From contig NC_073404.1 in NCBI RefSeq assembly GCF_028641065.1, positions 30,380,001 through 30,444,000 on the forward strand: 64,000 bases of DNA, read 5' to 3'. Below, piece after piece: positions 49,501 to 63,960 of this stretch. The notes under the pieces were generated by a model that saw nothing but the letters and a program-made list of their open reading frames with translations, was not told where the DNA came from and searched no databases. The number at the start of each line of letters is the position of its first letter. Position 1 is the stretch's first letter. The position numbers and the translations under genes were made by a program. The DNA comes from Leucoraja erinacea. Lineage: Eukaryota.

Positions 49501-52500
49501 CTCCAAAGACGTGCAGGTTTGTAGGTTAATTGGCATCGGTTAAATCGTGCCTAGTGTGTGTGGGATAGTATTAGCGTGCGGGGATCGCTGGTCGGTGCAG
49601 ACTCTGTGGGCCGAAGGGCCTGTTTCCGCGCTGTATGTCAAAACTATAAACTAAACTCTAAGTAAGTTGTTTGCTTTGCAGCGAAGTATGGAATTATGCC
49701 AAAGAAGTGCTTCCCTGAATCTCACAGTTCAGAGGCCAGCAGAGCCATGAACAATGTTCTCAATCACAAGGTATGAACCGGTTCCAATGCGCCAGCTGCC
49801 TATTTAGTTTCTACGGGTTTGCTACCAATTGTACTTTGAATGTTACTCAACACAAGTCATTCGATGTTTAATATAATGAACAAGGAACTGCAGATGCTGG
49901 TTTATACCAAAGATAGAGACACAAATTGCTGCAGTAACTCAAAGGGTCAGGCAGCATCTCTGGAGAACATGGATAATCTGAAGAATGGTCCCAGCCCGAA
50001 ATGTCACCCATTCCTTCTCTCCAGAGATGCCTCCTGTCCTGCTGAATCACTCCAGCATTTTGTGACATAAAGGTTGGGAGTAGAAACACTGAGATCTGGA
50101 TTGACTCTTGGTGACAGAATGTCTGCGGGTCTTCACCTTTATTTCACCAGTGTAGACTTGCTCACTTTTCTTTTCTTTCTTCTGCCTCTTAAGTTGCGAG
50201 AATTCTGTTGGCGTCTGAGAAAGCTAGTGGACAACGGGTCGTCTAAAGAGGAACTCACGGCCCAAGTGGATGAGATGATCGAACAGGTCAGCTTTTATTC
50301 ACAACCTCTGCATGTTTGATATATTATGCTATTTCATTTGCCGCCTATTCATAAGTTCCTAAATTCCAGGAGCGGAATAAGGCCATTCGAGTCAACTCTG
50401 CCATTCAATCATGGCTGATCTATCTCTCCCTCCTAACCCCATTCTCCTGCCTTCTCCCCATAAACCCTGACACCTGCACTAATCAAGAATCTGTCTATCT
50501 CCGCCTTAAAAATACACATTGACTTGGCCTCCACAGCCTCCTGTGGGAAAGAATTCCACAGATTCACCACGGGTTCGATCCTGACTACGGGTACTGTCTG
50601 TGTGGAGTTTACACGTTCTCCCCATGACCTGCGTGGGTTTTTTCCAGGTGCTCCGGTTTCCTCCCGCACTCCAATGTTGTACAGGTTTGTATGTTACTTG
50701 GCTTGGTATAAATGTAAAATTGTCTGAAGAAGGGATTCGGCCCGAAACGTTGCCTATCTCCTTCGCTCCATAGATGCTGCTGCACCCGCTGAGTTTCTCC
50801 AGCACCTAAAATTGTCCCTAGTGTGTGTAGGGTAGTTTTAATGTGCAGGGATCGCTGGTCGGTGGGCCGAAGGGCAAGTTTCCAGGCTGCATCTCTAAAG
50901 TAAACTAAACTTGCAGAGTGATACAGTGTAGAAACAGGCCCTTCAGCCCAACTTGCCCACACTGGCCAACATGTCTCAGCTACACTAGTCCCACCTGCCT
51001 GGGTTTGGTCCATATCCCTCCAAACCTGTCCTATCTATGTAACCATAAGCTATTGTATAGTTCACTATTCTACAATTCCAATATTAACCCGGGAACATTG
51101 AGGTGAAATCACAGACTCCAGGGTTTAGTTTAGAGATACAGCACGGACTCAGGCCCTTCAGCCCACAGAGTCTGCGCCGACAAGCGATCCTCACACACTA
51201 GCACCATCCTACACACACCGGGGACAATTCTCAGAAGCCAATTAACCAACGCACCCGCACGTCAGGTGTGTGGGAGGAAACCGGAGCACCCGGAGAAAAC
51301 CCACGCAGGTCACGGGGAGAACGTGCAAACTCCATACAGACAGCGCCCGTGGTCAGGATGGAACCCGGGTCTCTGGCCCTGTGAGGCAACAACTCTACCG
51401 CTACGGCACCGTGCCGCCCGACTGTGCCAATGTGCAGGTAACTTAAAGACAGCTGAGGTGGTGAGGCAGTAGAGTGCGTTGATCACATTAGCAAGGACTT
51501 TCTGTGCACATCTGAATGAGGAGAGATCAAAATGAGAAGTGTGCTGTCATTTCCAAACTGGCCAGCAGGTGTCACCGTGAGACTGCGTTCAAGACACAAG
51601 GAACTGCAGATGCTGGAATCTTGTGTAGAACACAAAGTGCTGGAGGAACTCAACGGGTCAGGCAGCATCTGTGGAGAACATGGATAGGCTGCATTTCTGC
51701 TCAGCACCCTTCACCGGACTGATTAAGGAAGGGTATATGAAGGAACTGATTAAGGAAGGGTATATGAAGGAACTGCAGATGCTTGTCGAGACCCTTCTTC
51801 AGACTGAGAGTCAGGGGAGAGGGAGATGAGAGATATAGAACAAATGAATGAAAGATATTTTATCAGCATCTGAAGAAGGGTCACCCATTCCTTCTCGCCA
51901 GAGATGCTGCCTGACCCGCTGAGTTACCCCAGCATTTTGTGTCTATATTCAGCATTCACTCAGTGCTGGCTGCTATTTTCAGTCTCATCTCACTCTGTAA
52001 CAGAGGAATCCCAGCGATTGTTTCTCCGGGAACTAAACTTCAATCTACATTTGGGTTTAAACGGGCCATCAGATTTCTTCCACTCTCTCCTGGATAACGT
52101 GTTTTGTGTTAGTTTTAGTTTAGTTTGGAGATAATAAATATGCAAACTGAAAATGGTGCAAAAATACTTTAAATTTAAAAATACCCAGCGAGTCCGCGCC
52201 GACCAGCGATCCCCGCACATTAACACGATCCTACACACACTGGGGATAATTTACAATTTTACCAAGTCGACTAGCCTACAAATCTGCACGTATTTGGAGT
52301 GTGGGAGGAAATCCACGCATGTCACGGGGAGAGCGTGCAAACTCCGTACAGACAGCACCTGTAATCAGGATGGAACCCGGGTCTCTGGCGCTGTGAGGCA
52401 GCAACTCTACCCGCTGCACCACTGTGCTGCCCACATTGTCACAGTAGGTTCATGTGCCATAGGTGCTGAATTAGGCCATGCAGCCCATCAAGTCCTTTGC

Positions 52501-55500
52501 ACCATTCAATCATGGCTGATCTATCTCTCCCTCTCAACCCCATTCTCCTGTCTTCTCTCCATAACCCCTGACACCCGCACTGATCAAGAATTTATCAATC
52601 TCTGCCTTCAAAATACTTAATGACTTGGCCACCACCAAAGGGCCTGGTTCCATATACAATACAATACCATTTATTTATAGGTTCAAACGAAATTTGGTTT
52701 CTGCAGTCATACAAGAAAAGAACCAAGACACACACCAACACAATTTACACAAACATCCATCACAGTGAATCTCCTCCTCACTGTGATGGAAGGCAAAGTC
52801 TTGTCTCTCCCCTGCTCTCCATTCTTCGCTCGATGTCAAAGTCAAAGCCCCCGGCGGGCGCTAGCAAGTCCGCGGCCATTTAAAGCCGCGCCGGGCGATG
52901 TAAGGCCCCGCTCTAGGTCGGTTTTAACCCCGCAACTCGGGCGGGAGAAGTCGCTGTTGCCGGTGCCATGCTGTATCTATCATGAATAGTCGTTCATTTG
53001 ACTGTGTAGCAAGCAAACAAAAGCTTTTCACTGCTTCTCGGTACATGTGAATACGGAAAAGTGAAAGGCTTGGATAGAGTGGATGTGGAGAGGATGTTTC
53101 CACTAGTGGGAGAGTCTAGGACCTGAGGTCACAGCCTCAGAATAAAAGGATGTTCTTTTAGGAAGGCGATGAGGAAATTTTTCTTTAGTCAGAGGGTGGT
53201 GAATCTGTGGATTCTGGTGAATTGGACTTCACCGATTTGTAATTAGTTTTTTCACTACTGTTATTTTGACCACAATATCCTCCTCGTCTTTCAGCTGTGG
53301 TTCAATTATCTGTTATTGGAGTAAGTAACTGTTATCTGCATGAAAAATGTTCCCCATGTTGGGGGAGTCCAGAACCAGGGGTCACAGTTTGAGAATAAGG
53401 GACGGCCATTTAGGACTGAGATGAAGAAAAACTTTTTCACCCGGAGAGTTGTGAATCTGTGGAATTCTCTGCCACTAGAAGGCAGTGGAGGCCGATTCAC
53501 TGGATGTTTTCAAGAGAGAGTTAGGGCTCTTAAGGCTAACGGAATCGGGGGATATGGGGAGAAAGCAGGAACGGGGTACTGATTCTGGATGATCAGCCAT
53601 GATCATATTGAATGGCGGTGCTGGCTCGAAGGGCCGAATGGTCAACTCCTCCACCTATTGTCGATGTTTCTATTGCAGATCTACAGAGTCATCAATATCT
53701 GCCTGGGCACTCCTCCTGAAACCTTCACTTGGGAATTCAGAGACAAAGAGAAAAACTACCATAAGATTGGGCCCATCACACCTCTGGAGTTTTACCAAGA
53801 GCATGTGAAGCCTGTCTTCAACGTGGAAGACAAGGTAGGCAAAGAACTTCCTGCAGAGTTGTTGAGTGAATGGATTTTGTTTTACCTTCTCTTTGGCTAT
53901 TTAATCTCTGGCTGATCGCAGCGCGCATGTTCATTATTATGGGCGGCACGGTGGCGCAGCGGTAGAGTTGCTGCCTCACAGCGCCAGAGACCCGGGTTCG
54001 ATCCTGACTGCAGGTGCTGTCTGTACGGAGTTTTGTACGTTCTCCCCGTGGGTTTCCCCTCGACTTTGGGATGTGGGAGGAAGCCGGAGCACGCGGTCAC
54101 AGGGAGAACGTGCAAACTGCGTAGGTCTCTGGCGCCGTGAGGCAGCAGCTCTACCGCTGCGCCACCGTGCCTCCCCATGTTTACAATCTACTTACACAGA
54201 ACCAACTTGTCCATGCCTACCAAGTTGGCATACTGGGCTTGTCCCATTTGACCTATATCTCTCTAAGCCCTTCCTTCAGATTCAGATTCAATTTTAATTG
54301 TCATTGTCAGTGTACAGTACAGAGACAACGAAATGCATTTAGCATCTCCCTGGAAGAGCGACATAGCAAACGATTTGAATAAATAATAATAAGTGTCCGG
54401 GGGGGGGGGGTGGTGATTGGCAGTCACCGAGGTACGTTGTTGAGTAGAGTGACAGCCGCCGGGAAGAAGCTGTTCCTCGACCTGCTGGTTCGGCAACGGA
54501 GAGACCTGTAGCGCCTCCCGGATGGTAGGAGGGTAAACAGTCCATGGTTGGGGTGAGAGCAGTCCTTGGCGATGCTGAGCGCCCTCCGCAGACAACGCTT
54601 GCTTTGGACAGACTCAATGGAGGGGAGCGAGGAACCGGTGATGCGTTGGGCGATTTTCACCACCCTCTGCAATGCCTTCCGGTCGGAGACAGAGCAGTTG
54701 CCATACCATACTGTGATGCAGTTGGTAAGGATGCTCTCGATCCTATCCTAGTCCAAATGCCTTTTGAAAGTCAAAATTATATCTGGTTCTATAGCTTCCT
54801 CTGGCAGCTCGTTCCAGATACGGACTACCCTCTTAAATCAGTCCCCCCTCTCACGTTAAGCCTGTGCCCTCTAGTTTTAGAATCCTCTACCCAAAAAAAG
54901 ACTGTGATGTTAACTTTACCCACGCCCTTCATGATCTTGTACACCTCAATAAGTTGAATGAATGAGTGCTTGATTGTCACGTGACAACTAACAGTGAAAG
55001 TCATTGCTTGCGTACACAAGGTATACAAAAACTCACCAGGTAAAGGTGGTGACCAAGTCACAAAGTATCCGCAAAGTATTCTCTTCCCTCCCTCACGTTA
55101 GTTCCCCCACGCCATCATCCTTCGTTGCCAACCTACTCAACCTCTCCCTGTAGCTCAGACCCTCGAGTCCTGGCAACATCCTCGTGAATCTGAAGCGTGA
55201 AGAAGGGTCTCGACCTGAAACGTCGCCCATTCCTCCTCTCCAGAGATGCTGCCTGTCCCGCTGAGTTACTCCAGCTCGTTGTGTCCTGGTTTAAACAGCA
55301 TCTATAGCTCCTCCCAACACATCCTGTTGAATCTTCTCTGTACCTGCTTCAACTCGTCAGCCAGTTTATTGAAGGATTTTTTTTACCTGTTGTTTTTCAG
55401 GTGTGTTTGGTGAACGACCCCAGACCCTTCAATTCCTACGGGAAGCTGTACACAGTGGACTTCCTGAATAACATGTCCAATGCACGTCAGACTTTGTACA

Positions 55501-58500
55501 TTAACCAGCCCATTGAGGTGTTGAAGAAGATGGCAGCTGCTTCCATCGCCGATGGAGAGGTGTGTGTTTTTACAACCTACCCTCTGCTTAGAGTTGGTCA
55601 TGATACAGGTGTCAGGGGTTATGGGGACAAAATGCAGCACAATGGGGTTAGGAGGGAGAGATAGATCAGCCATGATTGAATGGTGGAGTAGACTAGATGG
55701 GCCGAATGGCCTTATTCTACTATTCCATATGACTTTATGATAATTAACCCACTGACCAAACAAACAGTTTTTCGTTTACTTTGGAGATGCAGCGTGGAAA
55801 CTGGCCCTTCGGCCCATCGAGTCCGACCCAACCAACGATCGCCCTGTATACTAGTTCAATCCGACACGCTAAGGAGAATTCATGTTCATAAGTCCATAAG
55901 TGATAGGAGAAGAATTAGGCCATTCGGCCCATCAAGCCTACTCCGCCATTCAATCATGGCTGATCTATCTCTCCCTCCCTCCTAACCCCATTCTCCTGCC
56001 TTCTCCCTATAACCCCTGACACCCGTACTAATCAAGAATCTATCTATCTCTGCCTAAAAAATATCCCTTTACAGCCTACACGCCCTTCTGTGGCAAAGAA
56101 TTCCACTGATTCATCAAAAATTAAACCTTTGAACAAAAAAAAACGTGTTTAGTTTAGAGATACAGCGTGGAAACAGGCCCTTCAGCCCACCGAGTCGGCA
56201 CTGACCAGCGATCACCACGAACACTAACACTATCCTACACACACACTAGGGACAATTTACACTTACACCAAGCCAATTAACCTACAAACCTGTTCGTCTT
56301 TGGAGTGTGGGAGGAAACCGCAGCAGCCGGACAAAACCCATGCAGGTCACGGGGAGAACGTGCAAACTCCGTACAGACAGCGCCCGTAGTCGGGATCGAA
56401 CCTGGGTCTCTGGCGCTGTGAGGCAGCAACTCTGCCGTTTCTCTCTTTCCCTCCTGTCTCTTATTTTCCCTCTTTCCTCTCTTTTCCTTCCCCTCTCACA
56501 TTCTCCCCCTCTTTCTCTCCTTCTCTCTCCCTCCCCCGCACCCCATGTATTTGCTCCTCTCTGAAGGGCGAGAACATCCCTGTCTGTGTCGAGTGGCAGA
56601 GGAACGGTCTCAGCGGTTCTAGCCCACAAAGTTGGAATCACTTCTCTGAACAGAAGATGGCTCTCTAAGATTACAAACGTAACATTTACCTTCTAGTGGA
56701 TAACTGCTGGAAAGATTAATCAAAGATAAAGATGAAAGTTTAATAAAAAATAGCCGGAACTATTAGAAAAGTTCTCGATCGTATCAATAGTGAAGCTTTT
56801 GTCACAGAGCTATACAGCATGGAAACATTCCCTCTGGCCCAACTTACCCACACCGACCAACATGTCCCATCTAGACTAGTCCCACCGTTTGTACCTTCTC
56901 CCCATGACCTGCCTGAGTTTACTCCGAGAACTTCTGTTTCCTCCCACACTCCAAAGAGGTAGAGGTTTGTAGGTTGACAAAAGTGCTGGAGAAACTCAGC
57001 GGGTGCGGCAGCATCTATGTAGGTTAATTGGCTTGGTATAAATGTAAAGCAAGCTCTAGTGTGTGTACGATAGTGGTGCTGTGCGGGGACCGCTGGTCGG
57101 TGCGGACTCGGTCGGCCGAAGGGTCTGTTTCCGCAAAACTGAGACCCGGTCTGCCCTGTTAGCTGCATGTAAAATATGTTGAAGTAGTTCGGCATTGATG
57201 TTTATCTGGTGAAACTTTATTCTTCCAACCTCGCCAAAGCAGACTGTACAAATTGACGTGTTTCCTGAACTGCAAAAATAATATCCTTGAAACACTTCAT
57301 TGGCAATAATACCTCTCTGCTATGACCAGATGTCATAGATAGTGTGATGAACTTGCCCTTTGTAGAGTCATAGAGTGATACAGTGTGGAAACAGGCCCAA
57401 CTTGCCCACGCCGGCCAACATGTCCCAGCTACACTGGTCCCACCTGCCTGCGTTTGGCCCATATCCATCTAAACTTAGAGTGACCCGCTGAGTTACTCCA
57501 GCACTTTCTGTAGGAAGGAACTGCAGATGCTGGTTTACACCGAAGATAGACATTAAATGTTGGAGTAACTCAGCGGGACAGGCAGCATCTCTGGAGAGAA
57601 GGATTGGGTGACGTTTAGGGAGGAGACCCATCTTCATTACGGGTGTCAAGGGTTTCGGAGAGAAGGCAGAGGAATGGGGTTAGGGGGGAGAGATACATCA
57701 GCCATGATTGAATTGGGGAGTAGACTTGATGGGCCGAATGGCCTAATTCCTCTTCTTTGACCACTGAACTTATGAAGACACCAGAGACATTTTACAGAAG
57801 CCAATTAACCTGCAAACCCGCACTTCTTTGGGATGTGGGAGGAAACCGGAGCACCCGGGGAAAACCCACGCAGGTCACGGGGAGAACGTGCAAACTCCGT
57901 ACGGACAGCACCCGCAGTCAGGATCAAACCCGGGTCTCTGGCGCTGTGAGGCAGCAACTCTACTTCTGCACCACCATGGTGCCCTTTTGTCTTCTTTTCA
58001 CCTCCAGCCTTTGTCACTTACTCCACCCATCTGCAAATCCCCCCTCAACTGTATACACCTATCACTCGCTACACTTTGTCCCGCCCCCACCACTCTTTAC
58101 CAGCATTCTCCCCCCCAATTCCATCAATCTGAAGAAGGGTCTCGACCTGAAACTTCGCCTGTCCATTCCCACCACAGATGCTGCCTGACCCTCTGAGTTC
58201 TTCCAGCACTTTGTGTTTTGACTAACGCTGTGAATTATCTTCACTTTTTAGGCCGTCTGGTTTGGGTGTGATGTCGGTAAACAGTTTAGCAGCAAGCTTG
58301 GAATCAGCGACCCCAACATGTATGTATAAAACCGTGACACAAAACTGTGACGCACTGATTAATAACGTATTATTCCAACTTGTAAATGAAAAGCAGCAAT
58401 TGCAGAAACACCCAACGGGTGTTGGAGGCTTCAGGAGAGAAGTTGTGGAGAGGTCGATGATGTGACCAGCGGTCAATGAGCGTGAGGGGGCGGGGAAGAC

Positions 58501-61500
58501 CCGGCGTGGGGGGGACCGCCATGAAAAACACGGGAAGATATTATAGGAAAGATATTGTCAAGCTTGAAAGGGTTCAGAAATGATTTATGAGGATGTTGCC
58601 AGGACTAGAGGGTGTGAGTTATAGGGAGAGGTTGAGTTTTCCCTTTTTCTCTTTTAATTTAATTTCAAGTTTTCGTGTAACTCGTGTGTTGTGACTGTCG
58701 GCAGACCAATGTCCCACCGGTGATGAATAAAGTTCTATCGTATCGTCGGGAAGCAGCATCTGCGGGAAGGGAAATGGGAAATACTTCAAATGAACGATGT
58801 TTCATCAGAGCTGGGCAAGGATGAAAACAAATTTGTTTAAAATTGCCGTGATGGTCGTTAGAATAGGCCCCACCCAAAACATGTCATCCAGAGATGCTGC
58901 CTGACCCACTGAGGTACTCCAGCACTCTGTGTACGAACTAACTGCAGATGCTGGTTTAACCCGAAGATAGACACAAAATGCTGGAGTAACTCAGCGGGAC
59001 AGGCAGCATCTCTGGAGAGAAGGAATGGGTGACATTTCGGGCGCCCAAACTAATTATTTTTAAAATGTGATTTTGTTTTTTCAGCCTGAATCGAGAGCTA
59101 CTGTTCGGAGTGACTCTGAAAGACCTGGGGAAAGCGGAGCGACTGATGTACGGGGAGTCCATGATGACTCATGCCATGGTTCTCACTGGCTTCACCGACA
59201 AGGTAGGCTGCACTGGAGTGGTGGTCTGCTCCCTGCACCCGTTTGGGGAAGGAGACATCTCTTGCTTTCACACCTTACCCTTCCATATCTCTAGACTTGA
59301 GAAGGAGACAGACAGACAGAGACAGATAGATAAATAAATGGGTGGCACGGTAGAGTTGCTGCCTTGCAGCGCCGGAGACCCTGGTTCGATCCTGACTACG
59401 GGTGCTGTCTGTACGGAGTTTGTACATTCTCGCCATGACCTGCGTGGGTTTTCTCCGAGATCTTTGGTTTCCTCCTACACTCCAAAGACATACAGGCTTT
59501 TTGGCTAATTGGCTTGGTATAAGTATAAATTATACCGAGTTGTGTGTAGGATAGCGTTAGTGTGCGGGGATCGCTGGTCGGTGCGGAGCCGGTGGGCCGT
59601 AGGACCCGTTTCCACGCTGTATCTCTAAACTATACTAAACCCCCTCTCCACTGACTCTCAGTCTGAAGAAGGGTCTCGACCTGAAACGTCACCCATTCTT
59701 TCTCTCCAGTGATGCTGCCTGTCCCACTAAGTTACTCCAGCATTTTGTTTCTATCTAACTGTTTCAATCATTGGATCAGACTTGGTCAATGATTTCCTGA
59801 ATTAATTTTCTCTCTAATCACTATTTGATAATCTTTGTATTTGCCTCCGACATGGGTTTGAGACATTAAAGACAAGTTATTAATAGTACATAACTGGGGA
59901 ATTTTCAAAACTGTGTTACCACTGAATGGTATATTATGGGGCCAATTTGTATTGTTGCAGGTATTTCATTTAGTTTATTGTCACGGGTACCGAGGTCCAG
60001 TGAAAAGCTCTTTGTTGCGTGCTAACCAGTCAGTGGAAAGACAATACATGATTACAATTGAGCCGTCCATAGTGTACAGATACAGGATAAAGGGAATAAA
60101 TGTTCAGTGCAAGGTAAAGTCCTGTAAATTTCAATTAAAGAGTCTGTGGGTCTCCAATGAGGTAGATGGGAGGTCAGGACCGCTCTCTGCTTGTTGTAGG
60201 GTGGTTCAGTTGCCTGACAACAGCTGGGAAGAAACTGTCCCTGAATCTGGATATGTGCGTTTTCACACTTCTGTACCTCTTGTCTGATGGGAGAGGGGAG
60301 AAGAGGGAGTGACCAGGGTGAGACTGGTCCTTGATTATGCTGCTGGCCTTGCTGAGGCAGCATGAGGTGTAGATGGAGTCAATGGAAGGGAGTTGAATTC
60401 TTCCCCCCCCCCCCCACTCCCACATTTCAGTCTGAAGAAGGGTCCCGATCAGAAACGTCACATGTCCATGTTCTCCGGAGATACCGCCTGACCCGCTGAG
60501 TTACTCCAGCACTTTGTGTCCTTTTTCTAGCATTTAATCTAATGGAGCGTTTGATAGCACTGGGCCTCTACTCGCTGGAGTTTAGAAGGTTGAGGGGGGT
60601 GGTGGGGGGGGACCTCATTGAAACTTACAGAATAATGAAAGGCACAGATAGAGTGGATGTGGAAAGGATGTTTCCACTGGTGGGAGAGTCCAAAACCAAA
60701 GTTCACCGCATCAGAATTAAAGGGCTCTCTTTTAGGAAGGAGGAGGAACTTCTTTAGTCAGAGAGTAGTTAATCTGAGGAACTCATTGCCACAGAGGGCT
60801 GTGGAGGCCAAGTCAGTGGATATTTTTTAGACAAATTCCTGATTAGAAGGGGTATCAAACGTTATGGGGAGAAGGCAGGAGAATGGGATTAGGAGGCAGA
60901 GATCAGCCATAGTTGAATGGTGGAGTAGATTCGATGGGCCGAATGGCCTAATTCTACTTCTTGAACTTGTGAACTTGTGAATCCCAAACGGCCTATTGAT
61001 TATGTTGATGCACGTTGAATATCTTTGCTGGAAGTCTTGTTGATCGTTTGTGCTTGTGTTCTTTGGCATGCAGGGTGACGATGAGGCAGAGTACGAGAAA
61101 TGGAGAGTGGAAAACTCATGGGGGGAAGAAAGTGGGAACAAAGGTAAGTGTTCAATGTGTAAGAATGGACCAGCGTCTCACAGTTTGAATCCGGATTAAA
61201 ATGTGGCTCTGACTGGCAATGTTGTGCTTGGATTAGGATCGTTGCAGGAACAGCAATCATTCGATGTGTAGGAAGGAACTGCAGATGCTGGTTTAAACCA
61301 TAGACACAAAAAGCTGGAGTAACTCAGCGGGACAGGCAACATCTCTGGAGAAAGGGGATAGGTGAAGTTTCCGTAGTGAAATACAACGCATGCCCTTCGG
61401 CCCACCGAGTACGTACCAACCAGCGATCCCCGCACACTAACGCTATGTGGAGGCCATTGGTAGATATTTTTAAGGCAGAGATAGACAAATTCCTGATTAG

Positions 61501-62437
61501 AACGTGTGTCAAGGGTTATGGGCAGAAGGCAGGAAAATGGGATTAGGAGGCAGAGATCAGCCATAATTGAATGGACTCGATGGGCTGAATGGCCTAATTC
61601 AACACCTATAACTTGTGAATGGCTGTTGGCCTTGCCGAGGCGATGTTGATTTTTTCAAGCGTACACCTGTCGTACTTTCTATTGCACCTTCGCCATAACA
61701 AGATTAAACTCTCTGTTATAAAATTCTTAAGTGATTGGAAAGGCTAGATGCAGAAAACATGTTCAGGATGTTCGGGTTCACAGTTTAAGAATAAGGGGTT
61801 GGCCATTTAGGGCTGAGATGAAGTAAAACTATTTCACCCAGAGAGTTGTGAATCTGTGGAATTCTCCGCCACAGAAGGCAGTGGAGGCCAATTCACTGGA
61901 TGTTTTCAAGAGAGAGTTAGATTTAGCTCTGAGGGCTAATAGAATCAAGGGATATGGGGAGAAGGCAGGAACGGGATACTGATTTTGGATGATCAGCCAT
62001 GATCATATTGAATGGCGGTGCTGGCTCGAAACATAGAAAATAGGTGCAGGAGTAGGCCATTCGGCCCTTCGAGCCTGCACCGCCATTCAATATGATCATG
62101 GCTGATCATCCAACTCAGTATCCTGTACCTGCCTTCTCTCCATACCCTGATTCCTTTAGCCACAAGGGCCACATCTAACTCCCCCTTAAATATAGCCACT
62201 GAAGGGCCGAATGGCCTACTCCTGCACCTATTTTCTATGTTTTTGCCCACCCATTCATTTCTCTCACCCTGTGTGTTTGATTTGACAGGTTACCTGATCC
62301 TGTCGGACACGTGGTTCGATGAGTATGTCTTTGAGGTGGTGGTGGACAGGAGGTTTGTGCCGGCAGAGATTCTGAAAGTACTGGAGCAGGAGCCCAGAGT
62401 GCTCCCGGCCTGGGACCCAATGGGGGCTCTGGCGTGA
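43515..62437 (+). CDS. BLMH: Bleomycin hydrolase (peptidase C1B), 457 aa; exons 43515-43524, 46155-46352, 48311-48420, 49145-49298, 49682-49770, 50194-50286, 53679-53834, 55401-55559, 58252-58319, 59085-59202, 61074-61143, 62289-62437
   Basis: 12 GT-AG exons sum to 1374 nt in frame. Catalytic motifs TNQKNTGRCWIF (Cys), SMMTHAMVLTG (His), WRVENSWG (Asn); also NDGGQWDM, AVWFGCDV and C-terminus LPAWDPMGALA*. Confidence 0.97.
54275..54740 (-). mobile_element. Rex-Babar-type LINE 3' fragment in a BLMH intron
   Basis: QRVVKIAQRITGSSLPSIES...[27 protein letters not shown]; (GAATCT)n tail. Confidence 0.8.
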
Positions 62438-62565
62438 CGAATGTTCTCACCTCGCAGGCACTCCAAATACAACTCGTCTTATCAGCTAGCTGCAGATCGA
62501 AATATCTTAATTCTTCCGTTTAGCGGGAACTTTTTTCTTCCGATGGCGAACTATTAATGTGGGGT

Positions 62566-62571
62566 AATAAA
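62566..62571 (+). terminator. BLMH: Candidate polyadenylation signal of BLMH
   Basis: AATAAA about 130 nt after the stop codon. Confidence 0.5.
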
Positions 62572-63094
62572 ATTTGTGGACTTCAAAGTTTAAGTGTTCT
62601 TATTTGGATTCAGATCAGTTTAATGACATTGATAACGGTATGAACATTGACTTCTCTAACTTCAAGTAACCCTTGCTTTCCCTCTCTCTCCATCCCTCCC
62701 ACCTTCCTAGTTCTCCAACCAGTTTCACGGTCCTCCTGATTAAAGTTTACTGATTGCATGCCTTGTCGTCACCTGCTCCGAGCTAACAATGATCGATTCT
62801 ACATTTCCCTGGAACTTTGTCCCCTTTGATCTCTCGTTTTCACACCTTACCTTTCCATATCTCTGTGTCTCTCTCTCCCATGACTCGTTCTCCAGAACGC
62901 CACCCATTCCTTCTCTCCAGAGATGCTGCCTGACCCACTGAATTACTCCAGCTTTTTGTGTCTATCTTTAACGTCAGTAAGCATTCTGTCCTGGGCCTCC
63001 GCCATTGTCAGATTGAGGTCACAGGCAAACTGGAGGAACAGCACCTCATATTCCACTTGGGTGGCTTTCAATCCAGTGGTAAGAACATTGAAGT

Positions 63095-63960
63095 ACAGAA
63101 GGTACTGTTTTGGGAACAGGGACAATAGTGGAGACAGTACAGGTTTGCAGGGCTTGGTTGAAAATGTCTGTGTAGACCAGTGCCAGTTGTTCGGCACAGA
63201 GCTTGAGAGGGGGAAACATTGTCCAGTCCTGGAGACTTCTGGCTTTTATGTCTTCTGGACAGCCTCTCCACCTCCTCTATTTTTATTGATGATGGAAAAG
63301 TGATGTTGTGCAGCACGGAGGGCATGTGTAGTGGACGTGGCCGCAATCTTTTGCAGTTAGGCTGTAATTGGGTGTGAAGTGGTGATTGGAGAGGGGTGGG
63401 TGGGAAAGGGTCCAGTCTTTTCCAACTGGAGTCTTGCTTTAAGTAGGTGTGAAGTGGTGATTGGGGAGGAGTGGGTGTAGAAGGGTCCAGTCTTTGCAGA
63501 CCTGCAGTAGAACTCATTCAGGTCATTGGTCGGCGGACGATTGTCCAAAGAGCGGGAGGCGTTCCTCTTGTAGCTGGTGATTTCTTGCAAGACTGAAGAA
63601 GAGTCACTAGCTGAGAACTTGCTCCTCAACTTCTCAGAGTACCTTTCATACCTTGGCAGCTGATTCCTCTTCTCAGCTTGTACTTTGCCTGCCGCTCCTG
63701 TAGGCCTCCTCATTAGACTCAGAGCTAGTTGGAATGCAACAGTCCTCACAAAAGCTGACATATGATGATAGTGTCCGTATACTCACCGAGGTTTGCGTTA
63801 CATTCCAATCCGTGCAGTCAAAGCAGGATTGTAGGTTCTCAATGCCCTTGCTTGTCCACCTTTCCGTTGCTCTAACCACAGGCTTAGCAGCTTTTAGTTT
63901 CTGCCTGTAGGTTGGAATAAGGTGAACTAGACAATGATCAGTTGTCCAAGATATACGAAT
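63095..63960 (-). mobile_element. Degraded Rex-Babar-type LINE internal fragment
   Basis: DHCLVHLIPTYRQKLK...LQSCFDCTDW; NDLNEFYCR; KSPGLDNVSP. Confidence 0.75.
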
